From positions 175,894,001-175,958,000 of the forward strand of contig OX597816.1 in NCBI GenBank assembly GCA_951406725.2: a DNA stretch of 64,000 bases. The letters run 5' to 3'. A program made the position numbers and the translations under genes. The notes beneath the pieces are model-generated. The model saw only the letters and a list, made by a program, of their open reading frames with translations. It did not search any database and was not told the DNA's origin. Shown in pieces: positions 41,940 through 56,159 of the stretch; positions within the stretch are counted from its first letter, which is position 1; each line of letters opens with the position of its first letter. The stretch is from Octopus vulgaris. Lineage: Eukaryota.

Positions 41940-44400
41940 CTTCTTGAGAACAGTGAATCACCAATCATCTTAGTCTTTTGTCATCACTTCCATAAGGTTC
42001 AATGTGCTGAGGTTATTCTTCACTACTTTGTCTCACATTCTCTTGGGTCTCCCCCTCCCATAGGTTCCATTCAAATTTAGTGATCAAGACTTCTTTATAC
42101 AGCTGTTCTCATCCACCTGTATCACATGACTATACCAGCATGATCTCTCTTATACACTACATCAGATGCTTTTTATACCAAATTTTTCTTACAATACATA
42201 GGTGTTGGATCATACATGCAAACTGATATAGCACATCTAGTGGAGCACAATACTTTCATTTCTTTCTGACCTTCACATGTTCTCTGCATTCATGGTCCAC
42301 ATATTACTACATATTACATCTAGCACTGTTGTTAGTACACAAGCATTATGCAATTTGCCTTTCACTGAGAGAGAGACCTTTTGTTACCAATAGAGGCAAT
42401 AGCTCTCTGAACTTTCTCCTGCTAGTTCTTATTCTAGCAACTATATTTTCAGAGCATCCTCCCTAACTGTCAATTAGGTCACTTGGGTAAAAGAAACTCT
42501 CTTTTACTTCTTTCAGTCATTTGACTGTGGCCATGCTGGAGCACTGCCTTTAGTCGAGGAAATCGATCCCGGGACTTATTCTTTGTAAGCCCAGTACTTA
42601 TTCTATCGGTCTCTTTTTGCCAAACCGCTAAGTGACAGGGACGTAAACACACCAGCATCAGTTGTCAAGCAATGCTAGGGGGACAAACACAAACACACAC
42701 ACATATATATATATATATATACATATATACGACAGGCTTCTTTCAGTTTCTGTCTACCAAATCCACTCACAAGGCATTGGTCGGCCCAGGGCTATAGCAG
42801 AAGACACTTGCCCAAGATGCCACACAGTGGGACTGAACCCGGAACCATGTGGTTGGTTAGCAAGCTACTTACCACACAGCCACTCCTGCACCTCTTTATT
42901 ATTTCTAAGGATCCTCCTGCACATTCGAGAACATCTATTTCCTGTATGTTCTTATTGCTTATTGTTCCTGCATATCTGCCACACACAATGTCTACTTTCT
43001 CTTTGCCATCTCGTTATTTCACAGAACCTCTTATGTGTTTACACTTTGCACAGTGTACACCGTAAAAAATCTTTACATACACTTTTTTTTATATATCAAG
43101 CAGGGCCATTTTCCCAAAGAGATCAGCAGCCTGTCAGTTTCCCTGCTTACCGAATTTTGGTCTTGCTAAATTAACTCTAAGGCTCTTTAATTCCTGGTTT
43201 CGCTTCCATGTCTGGGATTTCTTTTCTAATTCTGCAACAGACTCAGCCAGAACAAGTTCATCAGTATAGAGGAGTTCCTATGAGCAATCAGTCTTAAAAG
43301 CCACTATTATGACCTTGAGGATAACGATAAATACCAAAGGACTGAGAACTGATCCCTGGTGAACTCCTACCAGCACACTAAATTTGTTGTTGTATTCATT
43401 GCTAACTCTCACTTTATTGACAGCAGACCTGTACACAGTTTGGATGGCTCTTACAAGCCATTTAATCTATCTCTAGGTTCTACAGCATCTATTTAGATCA
43501 GGGAGCAAGGGAGCCTATCAAAGTCTTTCTTCAGGTGAATAAATGCCAAGTACAGCAGTTTATTTTTGGATCCTGCAATAATAATAATAATAATAATGAA
43601 ATTATTGTATACAGTGCTCAGGTGCACCACAACTTGTCAGAAAGTGCATATAAAGTACATGCAGTAATGTAGAAATGTCTGGAAAGTGAACATGTATGAG
43701 TCAGATATATGCTTGTGTGTGTATGGAGGGGAGGAAAATCAAGTGTAGTGTTGGCGAATCTCAGGAAGCATGGAAGTTTTGAAGGATGCAGTGCTCCGAC
43801 AACTAACAACTGATGCTGGCAGTTTGTTCCATGCTTCAGCAACTCTCAGCGTGAAAAAATGTTTCCTGAAGTCATGGGAGCTGTGCTGTTTTCTTACTTT
43901 GTAAATATGTCCACGGGTGTTAGATGGGTGGAGTTTGAAGAGGTGCTCAGAGTTATTGTTTGTACGATGGTTGATAATTTTATGGGTGTCTGCCAGGTCA
44001 GCTGCCAGACGTCGGAGTTTCAATGTGTCCATGCCCAGGGAAGTAAGGCATTCAGAATATGGCAAATGCCTGATGGAGGGTATTCTTTTGGTTGCACGTC
44101 TTGGTAGACAGAGAGCATCAGAAGTGCTGGTACAAAACTGAACTGTATATCATCTAGGCTAACTCTCTTCCTAATTAAGTGAGCTATACACCTTTCTGTA
44201 ACTTCCATGACCTGGTCCAGTAATTTGATACTCCTGTAATAACTTCTGTCTAAGGAATCACCTTTAACCTTGCAACAGTTGACTGTAATGCTGTTACACC
44301 AGTTGTTGGGCATGATGTTTTCCTGAACAACTTAAACTGCACAGATGACAAGGTCATATCCCACTCCACCTGATATTTTAAGCATCTTAGTGGTTATAAA
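41940..44400 (-). mobile_element. Decayed RTE LINE interrupted by a SINE A (42498-42890, -) and a CR1 3' end (43580-44110, -)
   Basis: YRSIKLLDQVMEV and HQGSVLSPL motifs; CR1 piece NTRGH.YK...RKHFFTLRVAEAWNKLP with a (TTA)n tail. Confidence 0.75.
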
Positions 44401-44570
44401 ATAAAACTAAATCAAAATACATTCCAAGGACTTTGTGGTCTTTGTTACGTTTAAAAATCAGTCTTAAACCTGTACTAGTATACCTGTTATTTATTGAGTC
44501 TGCTGTTACTAGTTCATTACCTAACCTCACAGTTACACTACATTGACAAAATTAGACTTGAGTACTTTAC

Positions 44571-44630
44571 CTTGGCAATTTTCCTTTGTTTTGTATGCAT
44601 GTTGAGAAGAGACTCAGATCTTCTGTTTTT
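44571..44630 (-). CDS. GPALPP1: GPALPP1 coding exon 5 (KNRRSESLLNMHTKQRKIAK)
   Basis: Polypyrimidine tract plus CTAG acceptor, GTAAAG donor, 60 nt, RSESL..H motif. Confidence 0.88.
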
Positions 44631-45436
44631 CTAGAGTGGAAATGGACAAAAAAAAAAAAAAAAGAAAAATATTACAAATATTACAGTTAACTAATGACAG
44701 TTTTGAATAAAGAAATATTTTTCTTACAATATTAGGTGAGGATTCAATTTTTGATGGAAGTTTGAACAGCATTAACTGTAAACTTTGTTTTAAATCTACA
44801 TATATCAAAGGTTATTTAGCTGTATTTGTACAAAGTTAACATGCTACAACTTTTTTTTCAATCTAAACATTACTCAGCGTTAGTTATACAATATACACTG
44901 TTAAATTGAATCAAGCAGTGACATCTGTGAACAAGACTTTGCTAAATAGCCAGTTGGTCTTTTGTGAATGCAATACAGGATAGAGTAGTACTCTAATGTG
45001 GGTTACAGTTAAGTTTTGTAATGATTAAGCAACCAATTAGGGCAAAAATAGTTTCTTGCCCTGAAGAGGAAGCTTAATCTTTGGGATGGAGTTTTAGCAA
45101 TATTACACAAGTGAGGTCATCACAATGAATCTTCAAAAGAGAGAGGCTTAGCATTTGTTGTAACTTTGAGGGCTTCATTATATGTGTCATACATATTTCT
45201 TAATTTGTGAAGTGTGTCTTGATGCTGCTGTTTATGCATCAAAAGCAAATCTGCTTGTCCACTTGTCAGATTCTAACTTTTACCAGACTGGAAATTCTTA
45301 ATAAGTGAAGTGGATCAACCAAATCTGCATCACAAACTCAACTACTAAGAATTTATACCAACTTACATCAGTCACACAGATGTTCTTTTGATAGTTTATA
45401 AAAAATATTTTTCAGCTTGCAAAGATTATATTAAAG

Positions 45437-46163
45437 ACTAGCTTAAGGTGACCCGCTCTACGTGTGGGTGTGGGTGTGGTTGTTACTTTCTGTTGCTTCC
45501 TTTCTGTTTCTTATCTCCCTCTTTGTTTCTCTATCCTTTCTCTTTCACTTTCCCACTCTCTTACTCTCCCTTTCTCTCGGACTCTCCCTCGCTTTCTCTT
45601 ACGCATGCACGTAAAATCACAAAATAATTCACAATTACTTAAAATTTTGTGAAATTTGATACTTTTTTCTGGTATATTTTGACAGTTCATGATGCAAATG
45701 AAAGCTGAAATTTTGGCCTTTAACACAACGCCATTTTTACCCATGTCAACCAAATAATGCAAGCAGAAAAAAGTTAAATCTAAAAATAGGGCAAAAATGT
45801 ACTCGTTTTAAAAGTTGAAAAATTTTACCCCCCTTTCCAAAATCGCCCAAATTTTTATATCCACAATTAAAGATAACTGCCTCTAGCCCCTGCAGTAGCA
45901 TGAAAAGCCAACATTATTCAAATAGCGCAACCTGTCTATCCCATAAAACTCAATTTTTCTCATATTCCTCACCATGGCAACCAAACAGTAGCCCCAAGTG
46001 ACTTGCAACCCTCCTCACACAATTGCCCTTCCCATTTTACCCCCCAGTGTAAATTTTGGCGCCAATCCGACCCCATCTACCGCCCCCTTAAACCGTTCCC
46101 ATCCCAAAATGAGACAAATAACCAAGAAATCAAACAACTTTTTCGCATTTCAACTTTATAGAT
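45437..46163 (-). mobile_element. Non-autonomous Helitron-like element; its end is duplicated at ~46650-46748
   Basis: ACTAG plus hairpin at the left end, TATAGAT at the right end; ~100 bp direct repeat. Confidence 0.5.
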
Positions 46164-46845
46164 ACTGATGATTATATATATACATATATATATATGTATA
46201 CACATTATATATATATATTTATATACACACATTATATATATATATTTATATACACACATAGATACATAAATTAAAACAATATATCTGATTAATAATATCT
46301 GTTATGATTGTGCGGTGGTGGTGGGCAAAAATAATTCATCGTTCTAAAAGACCTGTGGCAGGAATATTTAAACTTTTGCAGCTATCAACGCTTTCTCTCT
46401 ACAGATACAGACAGACGTACAGTGAGAAAGGTGGTGGGAGAAAGAGCGACAGAGAGACGGTGAAGGCGGAGAGGGAATGAGAGTGGAAGGTGCCAAACGT
46501 CGTTATAGAGAGAAAGTAGAGGGAAGGAAGGAAAGAGAAAGATCAAGGAAGACGGTGATATCTGAAAGAGAGAAGTGACAAACACTTGTCAAAGTCTAGG
46601 GGCTTCTAACCTAGTCCAGTCACTTCCTCGCCTCTTTTTACATGTCCCTGTAAATTTTGGCGCCATTCCGACCCCATCTACCGCCCCTTAAACCGTTCCC
46701 ATCCCAAAATGGGACAAACAACTTTTTCGCAATTCAACTTTATAGATATTGAATAAAGGCAACAGAAACAAATTTAACATACAAGATCAATAATACACAC
46801 TAAAACAATTACATCTCAAGAAAAAAATAATAGTAACACATTTAC

Positions 46846-46947
46846 ATTGTATTCATCCACAATTATTGAGCACCGTTGATCTCTTTCACTTATGATCTGG
46901 TCAGTTTCTGTGGAACTTCTCTTCCCACCATGTTTTTCTTGACCTTC
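46846..46947 (-). CDS. GPALPP1: GPALPP1 coding exon 4 (EGQEKHGG...IVDEYN)
   Basis: TTCCAG acceptor, GTAAAT donor, 102 nt, phase 0, ends in EYN as expected before KRSESL. Confidence 0.82.
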
Positions 46948-47093
46948 CTGGAAATTATACATAAAATACCAATAAAAACTATGAAGTACTATTCCAGACA
47001 CTATAGAGCATTTTGTCCGGCTTTGTTTTGAATATACCAAATGTTTTATACATGCCTGGCCAAATACATTTCAAAATATTGTTGGTTTAATTA

Positions 47094-47376
<283 letters not shown>

Positions 47377-47384
47377 AGTATTTA

Positions 47385-47975
47385 CATTGGAAAACATGTA
47401 AAAACTACAAAATAGGCATTCCTGCTTACTGGTATGAACATGATCCTGAGTCAGTCATTGAATGCAAAAATGTCATTATCCTCTGGGATTTTCTAGTCAA
47501 CACCAACAGAGTGATCCCAGCTAATCAGCCAGACATAATTATTAAAGACAAGGAAGAAAATAATTGCAGACTAATAGATGTGAGTGTTGTCATTGATAAA
47601 AATATATCTGTAAAGGAAATTGAAATACAAAAGATGTGACATCTTAAAGCAGGAACTGTTCCTGTTATTATAGGTGTCCTGGGTATGATAAAAAAGGGAT
47701 GTCAGAAACATCTAGACAACATCCGATGACTGAGAGAAATCCAAAAGATTGTGCTAAGTACTGCCCACATCCTTAAAAAAACCCTATCAATTTAAATATC
47801 TGTGTTGTATTACATGAAGATATTTTGCTAACACTCCTACCACTTCCCCCTCCCCAAGTTTTCAGTCATACTGTAACATTGCTTATTCTTCACTCACCCT
47901 AGGGCACTGGGTGTGAGTTGGCAAGTGATTGTAACACATGCAGATTAAAATTAAATAACAACAATAATAATAATT
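47385..47975 (+). mobile_element. Dong/R4-type LINE restriction-like endonuclease fragment
   Basis: WYEHDPESV...ILWDF..NTNRVIPANQPDIIIKDK...LIDVSV...VPVIIGVLG; flanked by TAA repeats. Confidence 0.8.
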
Positions 47976-49023
47976 GTAGTAAGGTAGTTTGAAGTAATTG
48001 TAAAGCTTCTAGAGAGAGATCTTTTGAGAAATTTCTATATCAAAACATTTTAAGGAAAATCAGGCATAATTCTGTGAGGAGTTGAATTATCTTTTTTGCT
48101 GCAGAAATTTGAGTCTTGTATGGAGAAACTGCGAATGATATTGATGAGATCTATAACATTTGGTATGGACGACTCCATTAGGTTGTTTCCACATTTGGTT
48201 TCTATAACTCCAGTTAGATTGTATGAGTGCAGTTGGCTTCTACAGCAAAAGCAACTGAATTCTGTAACAAGTGCAGCTGCATTCTACAAGCACAGGCTGG
48301 CTCCTGCAACAATAGATGGATTTGAAAATGATACCATGCCCAATAAGCCTGAGTTTGGAAGCAAGAACATACAAGAAGTCAAATGCATTATAAAAAGAAG
48401 ACAGATATATTTACCATTCCTGTGGTTGAAACATGGCAAATTTGAGATATTTGTCATCAACCAGATAGCCATATGAGCTGTACAATTTAATGAGATTGGT
48501 AGGTCAACAAAAAGAGTAAAAACTAAACAGGTAAATACGGTGATTCAATTAGCACAAAGCCTAACTAGAGCTAAAGGAAATAAATAATCAGATTTTATTG
48601 TAAAAAATATTGCACAACTGAATCGTGTCCGTTGCCAGCCTCGGCTGGCCCCATGCCGGTGACACGTAAAAGCACCATCTGTTCGTGGCCATTTGCCAGC
48701 TCTGTCTGGCACCTGTGCAGGTGGCACGTGAAAAACACCCACTACACCCGCGGAGTGATTGGCGTTAGGAAGGGTATCCAGCCGTAGAAACACTGCCAGA
48801 TCTGACTGGGCCTGACGAAGCCTTCCGGCTTCACAGACCCCAGTTGACCCGTCCAACCCATGCCAGCATGGAAAGCGGACGCTAAATGATGATGATGATG
48901 ATAATGATGATGATGATGAATCCAAAGATCAGTGATATAATAGGGCTGAAAATAAAAATCAAAGCTGAATGAATTAACTGTGTTATAAGTATTTTGCTTA
49001 ATATAATGAGAATAGTGAAATAC

Positions 49024-49194
49024 CTTTTGCTTCTTGGCTTGGTCAGTAGGAGTATCAGTCCACACAGAACTGTCCTTAGACTGGCATATACTCTTTGATG
49101 GCCTAAATGTTCTTGCAACAAGGCCAAGACCAGGGCCTATCTCTGGAGGCAGCTCCAACATCCATGTTTCTCGGCTTAAAACTTCGCCATCTAC
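49024..49194 (-). CDS. GPALPP1: GPALPP1 coding exon 3
   Basis: TTTTAG/GTATTT boundaries, 171 nt, phase 0. RETWMLELPPE...GLVARTF...SVWTDTP matches the conserved GPALPP1 C-terminal (DUF3752) motifs. Confidence 0.92.
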
Positions 49195-50259
49195 CTAAAA
49201 GTGACAGGATGGATATATATTATATATGTATAAATAAATTCCGTTCTCTTTGTTAATATGCGTGTGTGTACACAACAGTTATTTGAAAAAATCCTTTTAA
49301 ATATTAAATGTTATATTACTCAATGGATTTTTTAAAACGGTTAACTAGAAAGTAGAAAAGCATTTTACATTAATCACATAATTTCAGTATTGAGTTTCTA
49401 AGTTACATGTAATTGTTTGTTGTAAAACATTTTGATACATCTTCTCATGGAAATTTATAATCTATATATATGTTTCATGACTTGAACTTTCATGAATGCA
49501 AACTTTACTTTCAAACATCTGTTGAGACAGATATGTCCTAAACACCCATCTTTAAGTCTTGTGGAGCTGAGTCAAATTATTATTAATTACATATAACTCC
49601 AACCAAGTGTATTCAGTTCTACTTTCTTTTGTTCACTCACTTCTACACACACGTATGCGAAATTTCTACTGAAGGTAAAAGTGAGAGTAACACTTTTATT
49701 GACTGAGGTCATTTAATCTGCACAGGCAGACTTCCTTCATTCAAAAAAGTACTACTTGATATAGTAATACTGCAACGTGTATGAGCCACTGTTGAACACA
49801 AATCTCGGATCCACAGTTGAATTGTGCAACAATAAAAAAAGCTATACTTAATTTTGTATTACTTTCAGGTTGGGTGGTGGGGCAGTTCATTTTCCATTGC
49901 ATGGTACCTTCAGCGAATGTCTTCTACTTTAGACACAAGCTGAAAAAAGACTTGTGAATGGATATGGAAGATGAAAAGTGGAAAAAGCCCACCATGTATG
50001 TGTGTGCACACGCATGACTGTATTTGAGCTTTCTTGACTTGACATCATGTAATAGTTATTGATGAGCAGCACTGTCCTTTGCTTTCAGACTTCTGTGAAA
50101 AATGTCTGTCTAGCCATAGGGAAACAATTCCTCATTTGGAAACAGGTGAGGATTGGTGACAGGAAGGGCATCTGACTGTAGAAAATAAGCCTCAATGAAT
50201 TCATCTAATTCTCAGCATTTCTTGTTTTTTTCTGTTTTTTTTTTTACAAATTATGCCTG

Positions 50260-51270
50260 GATGTTGAGCTCAGAAGATGACAATGAGTATGAACCTTCTA
50301 TTAGAAGCTTGGGTACATCAGATGAGAGTGCAAGCTTGTCTGATAATGGCTATTCTCTCTTAAGTGAGGAGGAGGAGGAGGAGGAAGATGGACGAATTTG
50401 GTGCTGACATGTGATGTCAGAAGAATGCATGCTCCTCCACCACTACACTTCCCATTCACTGGAAATCCTAGAGTATCAATTGATCAAGACACAGCTGATA
50501 TGACTCCTTTGGATTTTTTTAGTCTTTTTTTGTGACAACAGAATTACTGATTGAGTTGTGGACGAAACTAACTGCTTTGCTGAACTGGAGAAAGAGATTG
50601 CATGTAGTACCCTGTAACAAAGGCAGAAATTTGTGTTTTTCACCTTGGAAATGCTTGGGGGTATTGTGAAAATGCCAGATCAAGAAATGAACTGGTCGAA
50701 AGATGAACTGCTTGAAAGACCAATTTTTTGGAAGCTGATCAGTTTGAAACACGATAATAAGATAAAACAGTGTCTTCTTCATTTTGTGAATGGTGAAACT
50801 TTTGATGCAGAAACACATCCCAACCTAAAACTGTATAAAGTTTATGATGTTTAGTGAGAACTTTATGAAGTGTTATATCCCTAACCAAGATTTATCAATA
50901 GACGAAAGCCTTATACTGTTCAAGGGAAGGTTAGGATGGATTCAGTACATACCTCTAAAAGGTAGGAGGTTTGGAGTGAAGAATTTTTTTTTGTGTGAAG
51001 CAAAGACTGGATATGTGTATAGAGTAATCATTTATGTTGGCAAAGGAACACAGTTTGATTCAGAATATAGTGAATATCCCAGGAGTTCTCATGTTGTGTT
51101 GTCTCTGATGAAGCCTTTACTTGGTAATGGTTATTGTGTTACTGTGCATAACTTTTACACTAGTCTGCAATTAGCTGATACTCTGGTTAGTCACGACACT
51201 GATATTTATAGCACTCTGTTTGAATAGAAAGAAAGTGCCTGAAGAGCTGAAAAGGACAAAATTGAAAGAA
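50260..51270 (+). mobile_element. piggyBac (PGBD4-like) transposase pseudogene fragment
   Basis: LSIDESLILFKGRLGWIQYIPLK.RRFGVK...CEAKTGY, HNFYTS. Confidence 0.88.
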
Positions 51271-51272
51271 AC

Positions 51273-51327
<55 letters not shown>

Positions 51328-52593
51328 GTGTCTGAGTTTGTCCCCCCACCATCAGTTGATAACTGATGCTGGAGTTTATGTCCCCATAACTTAGCGGTTC
51401 AGCAAAAGAGACCGATAGAATAAGTACTAGACTTACAAAGAATAAGTTCTGGGGTTGATTTGTTTGACTAAAGGCAGTGCTCCAGCATGGCCGCAGTCAA
51501 ATGACTAAAACAAATAAAAGGGTAAAAGAGAGAGACGAGTTATCTTGTTTTTGCTGAAAATGGTATCTTCAAAATAAAATTTCAAGTAAAATATTGGAAA
51601 TAGATAAGAACAAAATTTATTTCCATAATCAGCATTAAAAATACTATTAAAAAAAGCAATAAAAGAATTTGTCTGAAAATGAAAGGTTCATCTTCAGATG
51701 GAATGTAGAAATATGAAGAACCCTCAGGAAGTAGCATTTATAAATACCTGAGAAATATGTTAACCAATGGGAGTAGGAAGGATGTGATGGAATGTATTGG
51801 GTGGACAGTGACAAGGATATGGACTAAGTAAGTAGTTTAAGTAATGAGAAAAGAGAAAGCATTGGTGTAGGGAAGGGGTTAGAGCTATCAGAAAGCACAC
51901 AGAAAGAAGGTCAGTAAAATACTGTGACCCACTGGAGAAGAGATAAAAAACAAGGCAAGAGACAAATTGGGTTATGATGAGGTAGGAGGTGTATAGATAA
52001 GAGGATGGTGCAAATCCGCCACCCACAATAGACAGATACAGGTCAGTGAACACATAGATAGGTGTGCTAGGAATCTTAATCCGAATTTCCTAATTTTCCT
52101 CTTCTATCAATATTCACAGAACACCTCAGTACAGCAAAGAATGAATAAAGAAGCAACTTTCATCAATAAATATCATCCACAACATGAACACTACATACCA
52201 CAGAACACTACAAACCTTACCAATAATGCCACTAACATCCATAAATTCCTTATACCATTCATATTACAGTATTATATTGATCCTAATTGCACCACATCCA
52301 GAACTACTTACCTCCCTTACACAATCTTTTTACTCAGAGACTAGTAGACCCGACACCATTTGATAATCAGTGTGCATTCAAAGCCAGTGAACAGCAATGA
52401 CGATACCAGTTTGACTTTGAATCTCTTTAACAATTCAAAATAATGAATTTAATTCCTCTTAATTCTACCTCAGTTCATCTAATTGTATTTATTTATCACT
52501 ACTTTTCATAAAAAAGCCTTTATTTTTTTAATATTCAATGTGCATTTTCGCGCTTTTTCTCCCTACTTTCCCCATACACACACATATATATAT

Positions 52594-53165
52594 ATTGGGT
52601 TGGCAAGAAAGTAATTTCAATTTTTTAGTGTGAATTAAAAGTCATTGTTTTTTTTTCATACAAAGAATGAACTTCATTTAATTATATGTTTTCCATTTTG
52701 TTTGACGACCTTTTGCTATCTTTCTGGTAACTTCATGAATCCGTGCTCATAGAACGTCTGGTCTTTATCAGCCAAAAACTGAAGCAAGTGTGATTTCAGG
52801 TCATCATCATAGAAAAATTTTGCAAACTTCTAAATAAATGGTAATTTGATGGTGGATATGACATCACTTCCCAACCAAGCTTCAATAATTTTTCACAAGT
52901 TAGCAAAGGCATGTGTGGTCTAGCATTGTCATGATGTAATGCAATTCCTTTATAATTTGCCAATTCTGGCCATTTTTTATGATTGCTTCTTCCACTTTCA
53001 TTAGTTGTTGACAGCAAACATCTGAATTGATCGTTTGGTTCCTTAAAAGCAGCTCAAAATACACAATAGCTTTGTAATCCCACCAAATTGACAGCATGAA
53101 AATTTTTTGATTCCATTCAGCTTTTGATGTGGTTTGTGCTGGTTCATTATGCTTGGACCATTATT
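52594..53165 (-). mobile_element. Mariner 3' half with TIR
   Basis: [34 protein letters not shown]; TATTGGGTTGGCAAGAAAGTAAT terminus. Confidence 0.85.
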
Positions 53166-53626
53166 GATTGATGAAACTATGTAGATCAGAGGTTTGAATT
53201 GTTTTATCTATTTTTCTTTCCTGTTACGAACTGAAGGTAAGTACTTTTTCCTTTTTCAGCCAACAAAATTATTATTTTTTAGTATATTCTCCTTTTTCTG
53301 AGCACCTCATCTTATAATAATAATATATTTATATAATATGTATAATGACAATATATTTATAGATATATTCACGCGTGCATATACACATTCATGTGTACAG
53401 ATATATATATATACAGTGAACCCTCACCATATCGCAATTCCCCTATTGCGGTTTACTATTTAAGCTTACGTTGATTCTTTCATGCTGTTGTTTTACATTT
53501 ATAATAAAATAAAGGAGGAGGGTGGTCTGGCAGAAGTGGTAGGGTGTCGGTACAGGAACAAATCTTCTCGTAGGCTTTTTCCAGTGTCGCTGAATTCAAA
53601 CCCACATGAAGTTGCCTGTTTTTAAG

Positions 53627-53790
53627 CGTAGGAGTGGCTGTGTGGTAAGTAGCTTGCTTACGAACCACATGGTTCCGGGTTCAGTCCCACTGCGTGGCAC
53701 CTTGGGCAAGTGTCTTCTGCTATAGCCTCGGGCCGACCAAAGCCTTGTGAGTGAATTTGGTAGACGGAAACTGAAAGAAGCCTGTCGTAT
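53627..53790 (+). mobile_element. SINE family A, 5' half
   Basis: Matches the family A consensus. Confidence 0.85.
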
Positions 53791-53811
53791 ATATGTGTGT
53801 GGTCGTATATA

Positions 53812-53851
<40 letters not shown>

Positions 53852-54070
53852 AATATATATACAAAATAAGGAAATGGAGAAATACATCTTAATCAATAAT
53901 CAACTACCAGATAATACCCAATCACATAATTTATTAAACCACTACATATGAACATTAAGGTCAAACGTAATAATATAGAACAAAACAATGTACATCAATG
54001 AGTAATATGATACAATAAGTACAGTATGTATAAGTGAATATAAATAAATACAAATATAAATATAAACTAC

Positions 54071-54197
54071 ATCTTACAGCTGTTTCGGCCATGCAGATAT
54101 GGGTATCTCATTATGCTCATATTAGCCATGTGTGATAGGTTAATATGTAGTTATAAATGAGACACTTACAAAAATATCCCAAGGCCTCTTCAGAGAT
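54071..54197 (-). ncRNA. Type I hammerhead ribozyme motif with extended stem II
   Basis: ATCT-CTGAAGA-GGCC-[~92 nt hairpin]-GGCC-GAAA-CAGCTG-TA-AGAT. All core nucleotides present. Confidence 0.8.
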
Positions 54198-54697
54198 TAT
54201 GAAGAACAAACTAAATTAAATATGAAAATCAGAGGAGGTACACCCATACAAGAGTGGGTACATACCCATAATATATAATATACACATACATATGAGTGCA
54301 TATACCCATACTCCTATACATATATATAATAATAATATACAGCAATATACATACATATGTTCTATATTCAAGGTTACAGTTGTTCAAAACAATATATTAG
54401 AATATTACAATATAGAAACATACACATATCTATATTCAAATGCAGATATACAAAGTCAATATTTGAATATATGTTTGTTTTTAGTACCAAATCTTAAGTC
54501 ACCAGAAAGCCTATTGCTAGAACAGGTTTTGTATGCAAAAGCCATTCCAAATTGTTTGTACAAAAATAACTGGAGCTAGAGACAAAAAAAAAACAATAAT
54601 AACTGAGATAAAAAAACAGGAGGTAAAAACAAAACATGATACCATGCCAAAGCAAAGGATAGAGTATAATGAAAGTAGAAAGAAAAAAGATCTGTAC

Positions 54698-55389
54698 CTT
54701 CTTTGTGAGTTTGTCTTTCATGTCCAAAGATCTTTTTTCAATATCATCTGATATCGATTCATCTTTCATTCCTTGTTGGAACATTTCAGAAGGAAGAGGG
54801 CCAATTAAGGAAAAATCTTCGATTAAAGTTGATGGTTTCTCACTTACTGAACAATTATCTTTTGCTTTGTCCTTGATTAAATCAGGGGGTAATGCTGGTC
54901 CAAAAACATCATATGAACTGGCACACCTGCTTTGGTTTGCATCAGGAAAAGGTTCATTGTTGAAAGTGTCAGGTGAGGAGCATGTAGAAGCTTTCGTTTC
55001 AATAGTGTTCATATTAGAAAGCTGTGGGCCAATTATTTTGTGCTCTTTAAGAGGCGTTGATGAACTTTCTTCAACATTATATGTTGACAATTTACTCTTT
55101 TGTGAGCTTCGAACTATGGGTCTGACCACGATATTATCTTCTTTCTGTGACAGAGAGGATACCGGTGTCTTTTGACAGGCACTTCTGTAATCACCTGACG
55201 AAATCTGCTGCCAAGAACTTGACACTTTAGTATCTTTTTTTGGATGATGAGCCATCTTCTCACTATCTATGAAGTCAGATTCTCCAGAGTTTGATGTGTT
55301 ATTGGAACAGGTAGGTAAATTATCTTCAGATGAAACATTTCCCTCAGATGACGTTAGGATATTGTCATTAACATGACTCCGTTTAAAAC
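54698..55389 (-). CDS. GPALPP1: GPALPP1 coding exon 2
   Basis: AAACAG acceptor, open frame containing FGPALPP, IGPLPS and IEKRSLDMKDKLTKK, GTACAG donor. Confidence 0.92.
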
Positions 55390-56159
55390 CTGTTTAATTA
55401 GAGAAGAAAACACTTAATGATAAAAAGTACCCATATCTCAAGTTTAAATGTAGTAGAATGGTAGACAGTAAAAGCTCCAGGTGCATATAGTATGTAAAAT
55501 GTAATGTAAATGTTTCCTAGACTTCAAAGAACTTTAAAGGGTTGGTTCGTTCTTCAGTTACATGGTATGGGAAATAAATCTGATTTGGTACATACTTCAA
55601 ACAGCTAGGTTAACAGTATGTGAATGCAAAGTTAAGGATCATGTTGAGAAACTGCACAATTTCAGCATTAGATTTGAACTCATCGCCTATGAATTGATAG
55701 TTCAATACTTTATCCACTTGGGCATCTCACATCTATAGGTCATGTGTGATTTGGTTTCATTATTTTGAGAGTCTGATAGAAAATCATTTATTTTATCATT
55801 CAAATACAGTAGTGGTTGAATAATATTCTTAATGTAGCTTTTGTCGCAGTCGGTGTCTTCCAAGCAGTCTCATTAATTCAGTTTTAATTGAAATCAAATT
55901 TAGTTTTCTGAATTATGTTTGACTCGTCATAAGCTACGTTTAGACATAAAATACTTAAAATCTGGTGCAGTAGAACAAAAGTTAAGAGACGAAAAAGTAT
56001 AGACAAAACTGATGGGTAGAAACACCCGACATCGACACTTTGAATCTACAACATTCTTGATTAAGAATTATTATATTGACATTAATATGAAAGAGAAATG
56101 TTAAAGAAATATATTGGCAAAGGTTTCATAAAATTTTATGAAGACTGGCTGAGGTAAGA

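Noticed and set aside
45061-45090. CTGAAGAG hammerhead-like half
   Set aside because: No matching stem II or GAAA 3' half was found.
48096-48476. 126 aa ORF antisense to GPALPP1 intron 3
   Set aside because: No recognisable domain or splice structure.
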